Assembly: GCA_965248925.1 (NCBI GenBank)
Contig: CBDFLE010000006.1
Coordinates: forward strand, 4,096,001-4,160,000
Direction: 5' to 3'
Origin: Candidatus Multivoradales bacterium
GTDB taxonomy: Bacteria > Acidobacteriota > Thermoanaerobaculia > Multivoradales > J023
DNA length: 64,000 nt
In this document: piece after piece, positions 10,801 through 20,799 of the stretch
How positions within the stretch are numbered: the stretch's first letter is position 1
Layout of the letters: the number at the start of each line of letters is the position of its first letter
Notes under the pieces: model-generated
Databases searched by the model: none
The model's input: the letters and a program-made list of their open reading frames with translations, nothing else
What the model was told of the DNA's origin: nothing
Made by a program: the position numbers and the translations under genes

Positions 10801-13795
10801 CGCTCGACGGTCTCCAGGGCTCACCCGGCAACGGGGTGGGCAACAGCGGCACCATCGCCTTGCCGCCGGGCGGCACCGAAGTGGTCGATTTCGGCTACCT
10901 GCCGGACGCCGGCACCGCCGCCGTCGAAGGCACAGTGTGGAGCGACGCCGACGGCGACGGCATCGAGGATCCGGACGAGGTGGGAATCGCCGGCGTCACG
11001 GTGCAGCTGTTCAATGCCGACGGCACCCCGGCGCTCGACAGCGGCGGGCAGCCGATCACCGCGATCACCGGCCCGGACGGCTCCTACTTACTCACCGGAA
11101 CGCCCGTCTTGATCGGCACCACGGTCACGGACGCGAGCGGTAACTACAGCTTCAACAACCTGCCTGACGGCGACTACGTGGTCGAAGTACAGACCGCCGG
11201 TACCGCGGTGGACGGCTATGACCAGACCACCCAGAACGCCACGGGCGGTGTCGAGCTGGTCACTCTCGCGGGGGCGGACTCCACGGACCACGACTTCGGT
11301 TTCTTCGACAGCGGGCTAGTGACCAACCCGGTGACCCTGGCGTCGTTCGAGGCGTCGGGCACCTCTTTCAGGTGGGCCACGGCGACCGAGAGCGGAAATG
11401 TCGGCTTTTTCCTGTGGGCCTGGAACCGGGAGACCGGCGACTGGCAGGCGATCAACGAATCGCTGATCGCGTCTGAGGCGGTCTACTCGACTGATCCGCA
11501 GCACTATGCCTACGACGCGGGCTTACTCCACCAGGGACCGTTCATGGTGGAAGATGTCGACATCTACGGCCGCTCGCGTTTCCACGGGCCGTTCGAGGCG
11601 GATCAGCGCTTCGGCCATAAGGTCGCCGCGCAGCCGATCGATTGGCTGGCGGTGCGCGTTGCCCACGAACGTGCCGCGCGGTCGCGGTCGGCCGCCAAAG
11701 CTGCATCGTCCGGGACCGCGTCCGGGGCCGAGCTGCTGGTTGCCCAAACCGGTCTTTACCGCGTCACCTACGAACAGCTGTTGGCCGGCGGTGTGGACTT
11801 TCGAGGAACGCTCAAGCGCCGCCTGGCGCTGCTCGGTCCGGACGGCCCGGTGCCGATGCGCGTCGAATCGCCGCAAGGGCGTTTCGGCCCCGGCGGCTGG
11901 CTCGAGTTCCTGGGTGAGGCCATGGAGTCTCTGTACACCGAGACCCAGGTCTACCGCCTGGTAGTCGATGCTGCCCAGGCGCTGCGGCCGGCGGTCGACC
12001 ACAAGCCGGTGAACCCCCGGGCGGTAGCCCCCACCTCGTACCTCGAGACTCTGGCGGTGGGCCAGGACCGCCTTTACAGCTTCGGCTCGCCGAACGGTGA
12101 CCCATGGTTCGACGCTCGGCTTCTCGCCTCGTCGCAGCCGGCCGAGAAGGTCTATCGCTTCGAACTCGACGGCTACCTGCCCGATCAGCGGGCGCCTGAG
12201 CTGCGGGTCGAGCTGTGGGGTGTGACCGATTGGCCCGCAGCCCCCGACCACCATGCCGAGGTGTCGGTGAACGCTACCGTGGTGGCTGAGGCCCTCTTCG
12301 ACGGCCTGAGCGAGCAAACGCTCAAGGCGACCCTCACCGGCCTGAGCGCTGACGGCTCCGAAGAGCTGGTCGTGCGCTTGCCCCACGACACCGGTGTCGG
12401 CTTCGATCTGGTCCATGTGGAAGGCTTCTCGATTATCTACCCCCGTGCCGTCATCGCCCGCGATGGCCGTCTGCGGCTGGAGGCCAGCAGCAAAGTGCTT
12501 GAGGTGCGTGGCATGCCGTCTCCCAAGGCCGTGGTCTACCGTCTCGAAGACGGCCAGCTGACCCGCATCGACGCGCTGCAGAGCACCCTCGAAGCAGACG
12601 GATACCGCCTGCGCTTCAACGGTACCGCCGGCATGCCTGCGACCTGTTGGGTGGCGGATGTTGCCGCCCTGCTGACTCCGCAGATCCGTCCTGGCGCGGC
12701 AGCGGTCGATCTGCTCGACCGAGAGGCCGAACTCTTGATCGTCGCGCATCCGAGCTTCCTGGCCGGCATCGAGCCGCTCGCTGCGGCCCGCCGTGACGAC
12801 GGCCTGAGCGTGCGGGTGGTGGATCTCGAAGATGTCTACGCGGCTTACAGTGGCGGTGTGATCGATCCCGAGGCGATCCGCTCCTACGTCGCAGACGCTC
12901 ATGCCCGGATTGCCACCCGCTACCTGCTCTTGGTCGGATCGGATACCTACGACTACCTCGACCATCTCGGTCTCGGGGGGATCAGCTTCGTGCCGACTCT
13001 CTACGGCGCCACCGACGACATTGTAAGCTTCGCGCCGATCGACACTCGATTCGGCGACATCGACGGTGACCATGTCCCGGAGGTCGCGGTGGGCCGGTTG
13101 CCCGTGCGCACCCCGGACGAGCTGGACACGATGGTGAGGAAGATCTTGGCCTACCCCGCCATGGCAGCCGAGCGAACCGCGGTGTTCGCGGCCGATGGCT
13201 ACGACGCGGCCAACGCTTACTCCTTCACCGCCGACAGCGAGAGCCTGGCCGCGACCCTGCCCGCATCTTGGCAGTTGACCCGCGCCTACATCGACCAGCT
13301 CGGCCTGGCAGGTGCCAAGGAGTTGCTCATCGACACCCTCGACGCGGGTGTCTCCCTGGCCAGCTTCTTCGGCCATTCGGGTCCCACGGTGTGGAGCTTC
13401 AGCGGCCTGCTGAGCGCTGGTGACGCCGCCGCGCTCGACAACCGAGGCCGGCCGACGGTGATCACCCAATGGGGCTGCTGGAATACCTACTATGTATCGC
13501 CGTACTACGAGACCATGGGCCACCAGCTCATGGCCGGCGGCGATCCGAGAAGCGATCGCGGCGCCGCCGCCGTGCTCGGTGCCTCTACCCTGACCACCGC
13601 GGAAGGCGAACGCGAACTCGCGGCCGTCTCGTGCCGCGGCTCTTCGTCCCCGGCAACCGTGTCGGCGACGCCATCGTCGCCGACAAGCGAGCCTTGGCCC
13701 GAGAGTTCGGAGTAGGTGGCAGGCTAGACGTGCTCCTCGGATGGAACTTGCTCGGAGACCCAACCCTGGACCTCGGCCAAGCCGCGGCGCCCTAG
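7851..13795 (+). CDS. Large surface protein: DUF11 repeats, SdrD B-like repeats and C-terminal C25 (gingipain-like) cysteine peptidase; frameshift near 13620, 5' end probably lost
   Basis: DLEIVKT/GDTITYTIEVTNNGP DUF11 units; GTVWLDVDGDG...EPGIAGVTV SdrD-B units; VAVGRLP, FFGHSG (His), QWGCWN (Cys); conserved WNLLGDP end lies in another frame ending at 13795. Confidence 0.8.
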
Positions 13796-14196
13796 ATCGT
13801 AGTCGCGGGTGGCTTCGAATCGGGAGATATCCATCTGTAGTCGAGCGATAGGGCACACAGTTGACGTCAAGGACGAGATACTGGGAGAGCCAGAGGACAC
13901 CGTTCAGGCCCATATGAGGGGACGACAGAGTTGCACACTCAATGGGTCGTCCCCCGTAGCCTTGCCTCATACCCCGCCGCGAAGTGTCTGGCACCGCCGC
14001 GGGTGGTGCCAGTGGTGGCACCACCCGGAACCCAGCCCAACCAAACCGGAAGGACCGCAAGAAGAATGCTGAAGCTGCCCGACAAGGATGAAGTTTCGAT
14101 GCCGGCCGGCAAGAGCTAGGAACAGCAGACGGTTTCAATGCAGCTGCGCCCGCCCTAGCTCCTCGGCGGCGGTTCATGACAGCAGGAACCGCACCC

Positions 14197-16683
14197 TCAT
14201 GGAAAGGGCTCGAGACGGATCTGATAACCGATCGTCACCGCCGGTTCATCGAACTTGGTCATCACCAGGTGCAGCTCGAAGTCGGTTCCAGGAACCACCG
14301 GCGACACCAGATTGACACTCCACTCGCGGACGGACCCGCCCACGGCCAGGTGCCGTCAGGTTGCTGGCGGATCGCGCTCCGTGGATAGGCCACGAGTGCT
14401 GGTAACATGAAGAGTTCGACTTCCGCCGACCAATTCCAAGATCACCGTGTTGTCGAAGATGATGTCGATGTCACTGATGTGATCCAGGTCGATGGTCGCG
14501 CAGCCCGACGTCGGATGGTCGAATTCGCAGGTCTGATCGGGGCGATCAATATCTCTCAACCCCAGCACCAACCTGCCACTGTCCGATGCCAGCAGATTGG
14601 GAAGTTGCCCGAAAATGTCGATCTTTCTGTGAAAGTTAGGGCTATTGAAGTCCACCGCGGCCAGCAGCTCGAACTGGCCCTCAGCCAGGAGTGTCGACCC
14701 GCCGACGGCAGGCAGGCAAACATCGATACTGGAATTGAAACCGAAGTCCGGGCCTACGTCCTTGACGCAGACCAACCCACCGGCGCACTCCGAGTCGTTA
14801 TCGCAGTCTCCCTGGCCGCGGCTGCAGGGGCCGCACTCGGTGCAGAAGCGGCCATGACCCGGCGGCCGAGGGCAGCTTCCACCACCGCCACCACCACCAC
14901 CACCACCGGTCCCGGCAAGGCAGACATCGACGGCGGGAGGGAAACCAAAGTCCGCACCAACATCGTTAACGCAGATCAGCCCGCTGGCACATTCCGAGTC
15001 GTTATCGCAATCCCCCTGGCCCTGTGTGCAGGGACCACATTCGGTGCAGAAACGGCCATGACCAGCCGGCCGAGAACAGCTTCCACCACCACCACCTCCT
15101 CCGCCGCCTCCGCCGCCACCGCCACCGCCGCCACCGCCGCCATCACCGGCAACGCAGACATCCACCGCCGGATTGAAACCAAAATCGACTCCGACATTGT
15201 TGGCACAGACCAGGCCTGGGGCACATTCGGCATTGCTGTCGCAGTCCCCCTGGCCAGCGGCGCAAGGCCCACACTCGGTGCAGAAACGGCCGTGACCAGC
15301 AGGACGGGAGCAGCTGTTACCGCCACCACCTCCGCCGCCACCTTCAGCCACGCAGACGTCGACGGCGGGAGGGAAACCGAACTGGCTGCCGACGTTGTCG
15401 GCGCAGCTCAGGCCAGCGAGGCATTCGAGGTCGCTGTCACAGTCGCCCTGTCCCTGCCCGCAAGGGCCACAAACAGTGCAGAACCGACCATTGCCAGGTG
15501 GCAGATCACAGTCCCTGGCGATAGCGTAGAGGAAACGCAGATCGGGCCGCTCAGCGTCGGCGAAGGCGATGGCGTCGTCGCTCACGGCAATCAGCGCAGG
15601 CTGGGCTCCTGCTGTCACTCCAAGCCAGGACCCTGTCTGAGTCGCGTCGATACGACCCAGGCTGTGGCGAATCTCACGACCGAGCAGAGCCATCGCGGCG
15701 CCTCGGCCACTGGCCAGCCAGCACTCGGCACCCTTGTTGAGCAGCACCTCGGCGCGAACGATCTGGTGAAACGGCTGGCCCTTCCAGGGATGCTCGGCAG
15801 GCTCGTACCAGACTCCGCTGAGCGCCAGGGTACCACCCTCTTGACAGTCGAAGCTGTCGCCGAGCAAGTCCGAGGAGGCGTCGAGATAGAGCACATTCGA
15901 TCCGCTGGCAGACTTGAACGGCAGACTGGTCAAGTCGCTAGCCAGCGCGCCTTGGAGGAGATCAATGGCGAAGAAGGGATCGCTCGACCAGAGCTCCAGA
16001 TTCCGAGAGAATGGCCCCAGATATTCGGCGACAGGGTCTGTAGCCAACCCATGAAGGTCCCACTGAACCGAGCCGCCATCGTCGAAGACCCGCCAGCGGA
16101 GGTTCACCGCCGAACTCTTCGTCGTCGTCAGGGCGCCAGCCAGCTCGACCGGTGACTCGACGAGATAGTCGGTCTTGACCTCCAGACCTTGGCTGGAGTC
16201 GCGCAGCCAGGCGAGGAAGCGCTCGGCGTGGCGATAGGGCCGCTGCTCAGTACCGCCCGGCGCCGCGGACCACAGCCGGCCCTGCTCGGAATCGACCCGC
16301 CAGAAGACACCTTGCGGAAAGTCGACCAGACGGTAGTGCTCGCTGCCACGGCGCAGGAAGAGCAATACCTCCTGACCGGGTGAGAAGACCGGTGCCCCCC
16401 AGATGTGGAGCACTCGGCCGCTCGATCCACGGCCGCCGGGAAATGACAGCCGCAGCACGGATCGAGCCACGTCACCAGCGATCAACGCCTCAATCCGCAC
16501 TTCCACCTCGGTGCGCGGACCCTGGGGAGTAGCGACAAACGCGACCTCGTCGACCACTCCCCGAACGATCAGCTCTGCCCGTTCAACCAGCCGCTCGTCC
16601 GCAACCTCGACGTAGCTGGTCGCCAGACTCGGCGCCACAAGACAGAGCATGCTCGCCAGAGCGAGCAGCACCTTGGTCGGCAT
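14197..16683 (-). CDS. Secreted protein with degenerate metzincin-like domain, four 8-Cys repeats with poly-Gly linkers and a C-terminal domain with an in-frame UGA at 14356-14358 (candidate selenocysteine); ends at 14356 if not read through
   Basis: Signal peptide; ORF 14356-16683 (775 aa); frame stays open 52 more codons after the UGA (RHLAVGGSVREWSVNLVSPVVPGTDFELHLVMTKFDEPAVTIGYQIRLEPFP). Confidence 0.75.
14325..14358 (-). promoter_or_regulatory. Candidate bacterial SECIS element
   Basis: mRNA UGA-CGGCACCUGGC-CGUGGGCG-GGUC-CGUCCGCG: 11-nt spacer, 8-bp stem with two G-U pairs, GGUC loop at nt 23-26 counting U of UGA as 1. Confidence 0.6.
14714..15511 (-). repeat. Four intragenic Cys-rich repeats separated by GGN-rich poly-Gly linkers
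   Basis: C-x2-P-x-G[HN]GRFCT[EV]CGPC-x2-GQGDCD-x3-EC-x2-GL-x-C-x3-VG-x2-FGF-x3-[VI]DVC repeated four times. Confidence 0.9.
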
Positions 16684-16924
16684 TCGTACCCCTTCACAGT
16701 TGACGCAGATGACCTGCGCCGGTGGACCTAATGCAAAAAGTTGACCGCACCAGCATAAAGAAGCTGTGGCGATAGGGCCACAGGCCTGTGACAGCTGGTA
16801 GGTAATTTGGGTCGAAATGGAGGCCTATAGGGGCGGCCAGCACATAGCTGCTAGAACCCGCTGACCGTCTCGACCCGGCTGCGGCCCCCGCCTCTATTAA
16901 AACGATGGCACCATTTGAGCGGGA

Positions 16925-17254
16925 TCACCCGACGGCATGCGCCGGAATCTTCTCCAGCTCTGCGCCGAGCCGCCTCTCTGCGTGCCAGAGATCGTAAGCC
17001 TGCTGCATCCGCAGCCAGAGCCCCGGTCCGTTGCCACAGAATCTACCGAGCCGAACGGCCATCTCCGGGCTGATGCCAGACTTGCCGGCCAGAACTCGGT
17101 GGAGAGTCTGGCGGGTCACTCGCAGCTCTCGTGCTGCCGCGGTGACCGACAGGTTCAGCGCCGGCAGCACGTCCTCGCGCAGGATCTCGCCAGGATGGGT
17201 TGGTGGCCGGTCGCGCCGTGCGCCACCTCTCAGGTCTTTAGACATCTCGTTCAC
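16925..17254 (-). CDS. higA: HigA-family antitoxin (HTH-XRE)
   Basis: PPTHPGEILREDVL, SVTAAARELRVTRQTL, ISPEMAVRLG, WLRMQQAYDLW. Confidence 0.92.
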   Translation of the reverse strand: MNEMSKDLRGGARRDRPPTHPGEILREDVLPALNLSVTAAARELRVTRQTLHRVLAGKSGISPEMAVRLGRFCGNGPGLWLRMQQAYDLWHAERRLGAELEKIPAHAVG

Positions 17255-17537
17255 CTCGCTGGTGGTATTGCTCCAAGTCCAGGTGCATGGCCCGCTTATT
17301 CTCCCAGCCGAAGGTGATGGACCAGGGGCCGTTGACGTGCAAGCTATACCTCGTTGGCTTGCCCCTCAGAGCATGGAAGTTGAATCCTGGCAGGTTCAGC
17401 TCAGACAGCTCCTCGGCAGAATCGAGAGCGTCCAGTCTGCGGAGTGCGCGGGTCTGGAGATCGGATCTCATCCGCCGGCTCCTACCGCGTTCTGAAAGCT
17501 CTTTGAGACCCTTGTGCCGGAAGCTCTTGATCACCAT
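17238..17537 (-). CDS. higB: HigB/RelE-family toxin
   Basis: MVIKSFRHKGLK, PGFNFHALRG, YSLHVNGPWSITF, LDLEQYH; toxin upstream of antitoxin. Confidence 0.9.
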   Translation of the reverse strand: MVIKSFRHKGLKELSERGRSRRMRSDLQTRALRRLDALDSAEELSELNLPGFNFHALRGKPTRYSLHVNGPWSITFGWENKRAMHLDLEQYHQRGERDV

Positions 17538-17539
17538 CG

Positions 17540-17564
17540 GAGTGTAACATGAGACGTGACACTC
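17540..17564. promoter_or_regulatory. Palindromic HigA operator candidate
   Basis: GAGTGTAAC-ATGAGAC-GTGACACTC imperfect inverted repeat directly upstream of the higB start. Confidence 0.6.
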
Positions 17565-17570
17565 TGCCGT

Positions 17571-17609
17571 TGCTCAGATGGGCTGCTCAGTTGGGCTGCT
17601 CAGTTGGGC
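17571..17609. repeat. 13-bp tandem repeat, three copies
   Basis: TGCTCAG(A/T)TGGGC x3. Confidence 0.8.
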
Positions 17610-17654
17610 TGGTACCCTCTTGGCAGATTCGCTGCATGAAATTCGGTAGTTGAT

Positions 17655-17888
17655 TCACTTCCTGAGCGCCGCCCGGGCCGCTGCCAGCTTCGAGTCCGAA
17701 ATTGCTGGCTGGGAAGCGCGCAACTCCACCAGAGCCTCGATTGCCGCTGCCCGTCGCTGAATTCTGCGACGCTTCGTCACCGCCTCTTGCATCAGTCGGG
17801 CGACGATGGCGTCCTTGTCCTCGCCGGAGAAGGTAGAGTCGAACTCTTCCTCGACTTGATCGGGTACGTTGAATTGGATCGTCGCCAC
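17655..17888 (-). CDS. Small RHH-like antitoxin without adjacent cognate toxin
   Basis: 77 aa, MATIQFNVPDQVEEEF...IVARLMQEAV; GGAGG RBS upstream. Confidence 0.55.
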   Translation of the reverse strand: MATIQFNVPDQVEEEFDSTFSGEDKDAIVARLMQEAVTKRRRIQRRAAAIEALVELRASQPAISDSKLAAARAALRK

Positions 17889-18011
17889 CGCAGCCTCCGC
17901 GTTGAGATCATTGGCTAGATTCTAGAGCTTGTGAGTCCGCGCTCGCAAGCTGGAGAGACCAGGCCAGGCCGGCCTTGATCGACTCGACCCGACTGAACCT
18001 CGAACGCAGCG

Positions 18012-20543
18012 ATGACCCTCAACCACCACATTCTGCCAGCTGCCAACCCGAGCGCCAGGCTCAGCGGCTGGCGTCTATTGGCAGTCTGGGTGTTGATCTG
18101 CGCAACCGCGGCCTGCGGCACGGAAGAGCAGCTCCCCGAGGCCCCTGCCTTGGCCGGCGAGAGCATAGGGGATTTGGCGACCTCGCCAGATATTCGCTGT
18201 GGCCACCATCTCGAGCAAGGTGAGAATCAGTTGGCCCGCGCGGTCTGCGAGGAGGCGGTCGAGCAGGCTAGGCGGGACGCCAACCCGCGGCTCGAAGCCT
18301 CGGCGCTCAGCAAACTCGGCCAAGCCTGGCATGCGTCGGGCGATTTGCAGCGCGCCCTTGAACTCTACGGTCAGTCCCGTGACCTGGCGACCGCGGTTGG
18401 CGCGAGGGATTTGGCGACGGCTGCCGGGCACAACCTGGCGGTGTTGTTCGGTTCGGTAGGGCGCTACGACGATGCGGCTGAGCAGTTGCGGCGAGTAGTT
18501 TCGCAGCATGCTCCCGGTCCGGAACGGGCTGTGAGCACCATGACCTTCGGTCTGGCCCTGGTGGATAGTGGGCGGTTGCAGGAGGGCCTTGCTACCTACC
18601 ACCAAGCGCTCCAGCGACTGCGGGCTAGCGGCCAGACCGCCTACCTGGCGTTGACCCATGATCTGCGCGGCAAGTTGCTACTCCAGCTGGGTCGCCCGGA
18701 GGAGGCTCTAGCGCAGCATCAGCTGGCACTGCGGCTGATCAGAGAGACCGACGCCGTGCCCATCAAGGCCCATATTCACCTCAGCCTGGGCCTGCACTAT
18801 CAGCAGCGCGGCGACTGTGCGGCTGCCCGGCAATCCTTACGCCATGCCCGGCAGCTCTTCACCGAGCAGGGAAACGACGCCGCGGTGGCCGAGGGTGTGC
18901 CGGCAGAGGCACGTTGTCTGGCGTCGCAAGGCCACTGGCAGGAGGCTGAAGGTATATTGAATGAGGCGATGGAGAAGATCGAAGCGATGCGGGCTCGCCT
19001 TGCCCAACCCTCAATGCGGGGCGACTACCTGGGCTCCCGCTTTGGCATTTTTGGTACCGCGGTAGAGCTGGCCATGGAGCGTCATCGCGCCGAGCCTGGG
19101 GCTGGTCACGATGAGCGCGCCTTCGAACTCGCCGAAGGTGCTCGGGCTCGCACCCTGCTCGACCAACGGGTGAGGGTCGAACAGCGTTCGCGCTGGCGTT
19201 CCGACAGTGAGGAGGGGCGCCTGCGTCAGCGGCTCAGTGAGCTGGAAAATCGCCAGCTTCGTGCTCAGCTCGCTGGCCGCGAGCCAGCAGCGGAGTTGAA
19301 TCAGCGGATCGAGCAGCTCTACCAGCGCATCGATCGTCTCACCGGTCCCTTGCCACTCACCACGCCGCCCCTTGACTTGGCGACGATCCAAGCGGAGATC
19401 CTCGAGCCTGGGACCGTCCTCTTGAGCTTTCTATTGGGCAGCGAGCGCAGTCATCTGTGGTGGATCGAGCACAACGATCTGCACAGCTTCGAGCTGCCGG
19501 GTGTCGAGATCATCGATCGCTTGGCGCGCCAGGTACACCGCTCTTTGGCCAGTCCGGCGGATGCTGCCGGCGCTGACCAGCGCGAGCTCGATTTGAGGGA
19601 TCTCAGTGGTTTGTTGCTCGGCCCGGTGGCCGAGCGGTTAGCAGGGCAGCGCCTGCTGGTGGCGGCCGATGGCGCGCTGCATTACTTGCCCTTTGCGGTG
19701 CTTGCCCATCCGCTTACCGGCGAGCCCCTGGTGATGGAGCACGAGGTGGTTCACCTGCCCGCCGCGTCGTTGCTGGTGGCGCAGCGGCGGCGGCTAGTCG
19801 ATCGTTCGCCGGCCAAAGGTTGGTTAGCGGCGATCGGCGATGCAGTCTTCGATGCTGACGATCCCAGGTTGTCGGCAGCCGGTGCTGGCGTTGTGGTGCC
19901 GGGAACCGAGGAAACAGCTACGGCCAGCCGGGCGCTTGCCGGCCTGGGCATTGCGGGCTTGCGGCGATTGCCATTCTCGGGTCGTGAGGTAGAAGCCATT
20001 GGCAAGTCAGGCAAGCGAGAGGATGAGGTACTGCCCGCCACTGGCTTCGCCGCCACCCGCGAGCTGCTGCTCGGCGGCGGTGTGCGAGGTTTTCGCATTA
20101 TCCATCTGGCCACGCACGGGGTGTTCGACACTAGCCATCCTGAACGGTCCGGCTTGGTGTTCTCGCTTTTTGATCGCCAGGGGCGCCCGATCGATGGTTT
20201 GGTGCAGGCTCACGACATCACTGACCTCGACTTGCCCGCCGAGTTGATCGTGCTGAGCGCTTGCCGGACGGCACTTGGCAAAGAAGTACGTGGCGAGGGT
20301 TTGATGGGCCTCACCCAAGCGTTCTTTCAGGCCGGTGCCGCTCGCTTGATAGTCAGTTTCTGGCGCATTCCCGATCGTTCGACCGCCGAGTTGATGGGTC
20401 GTTTCTACCGTCACCTGGGTGAGGGCGGCCTGGCCCCAGGGGCGGCACTCCAGCAGGCCCAACGCTCGATGTATCAGGAGGGGTACGCCCCGCACCAATG
20501 GGCCAGCATGGCCCTGATCGGCGATTGGCGAGCCTTCGAATAG
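18012..20543 (+). CDS. TPR-CHAT (caspase-like) protease, possible lipoprotein
   Basis: Hydrophobic leader ending TAAC; TPR helices; AFELAEGARARTL, ADGALHYLPFAVL, IHLATHG (His), VLSACRT (Cys), GEGLMGL, WASMALIG. Confidence 0.9.
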   Translation: MTLNHHILPAANPSARLSGWRLLAVWVLICATAACGTEEQLPEAPALAGESIGDLATSPDIRCGHHLEQGENQLARAVCEEAVEQARRDANPRLEASALSKLGQAWHASGDLQRALELYGQSRDLATAVGARDLATAAGHNLAVLFGSVGRYDDAAEQLRRVVSQHAPGPERAVSTMTFGLALVDSGRLQEGLATYHQALQRLRASGQTAYLALTHDLRGKLLLQLGRPEEALAQHQLALRLIRETDAVPIKAHIHLSLGLHYQQRGDCAAARQSLRHARQLFTEQGNDAAVAEGVPAEARCLASQGHWQEAEGILNEAMEKIEAMRARLAQPSMRGDYLGSRFGIFGTAVELAMERHRAEPGAGHDERAFELAEGARARTLLDQRVRVEQRSRWRSDSEEGRLRQRLSELENRQLRAQLAGREPAAELNQRIEQLYQRIDRLTGPLPLTTPPLDLATIQAEILEPGTVLLSFLLGSERSHLWWIEHNDLHSFELPGVEIIDRLARQVHRSLASPADAAGADQRELDLRDLSGLLLGPVAERLAGQRLLVAADGALHYLPFAVLAHPLTGEPLVMEHEVVHLPAASLLVAQRRRLVDRSPAKGWLAAIGDAVFDADDPRLSAAGAGVVVPGTEETATASRALAGLGIAGLRRLPFSGREVEAIGKSGKREDEVLPATGFAATRELLLGGGVRGFRIIHLATHGVFDTSHPERSGLVFSLFDRQGRPIDGLVQAHDITDLDLPAELIVLSACRTALGKEVRGEGLMGLTQAFFQAGAARLIVSFWRIPDRSTAELMGRFYRHLGEGGLAPGAALQQAQRSMYQEGYAPHQWASMALIGDWRAFE

Positions 20544-20799
20544 CGGCCCCAAGCCCCCTGGCCACCTACCCGTTCTGGTCGCGCATTCTGCCCAATGCGG
20601 CTCCATCCCGGCGATCGACAATACGTTCCGTCTTGATCCCACCAGACCTCTCAGGGCAATTCCGACGTGTACTCGAGGTTCTTCGGGTACTGGAGTCTGA
20701 GTTCTTGTCTTAATCCCACCAGACCTCTCAGGGCAATTCCGACCAAGCTGCACGGCGTCTGAGGTGCTCCCCATGGTTCTACCACGGCCAATGAGAGTT

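Noticed and set aside
13805-13830. tRNA-like TTCGAATC motif
   Set aside because: No cloverleaf or acceptor stem around it; no tRNA or rRNA gene seen in the window
11523-14177. 884-aa minus-strand ORF and other long antisense ORFs (14407-16155, 3578-4864, 61594-62715, 62466-63797)
   Set aside because: Shadow frames of GC-rich real genes; no motifs and biased composition
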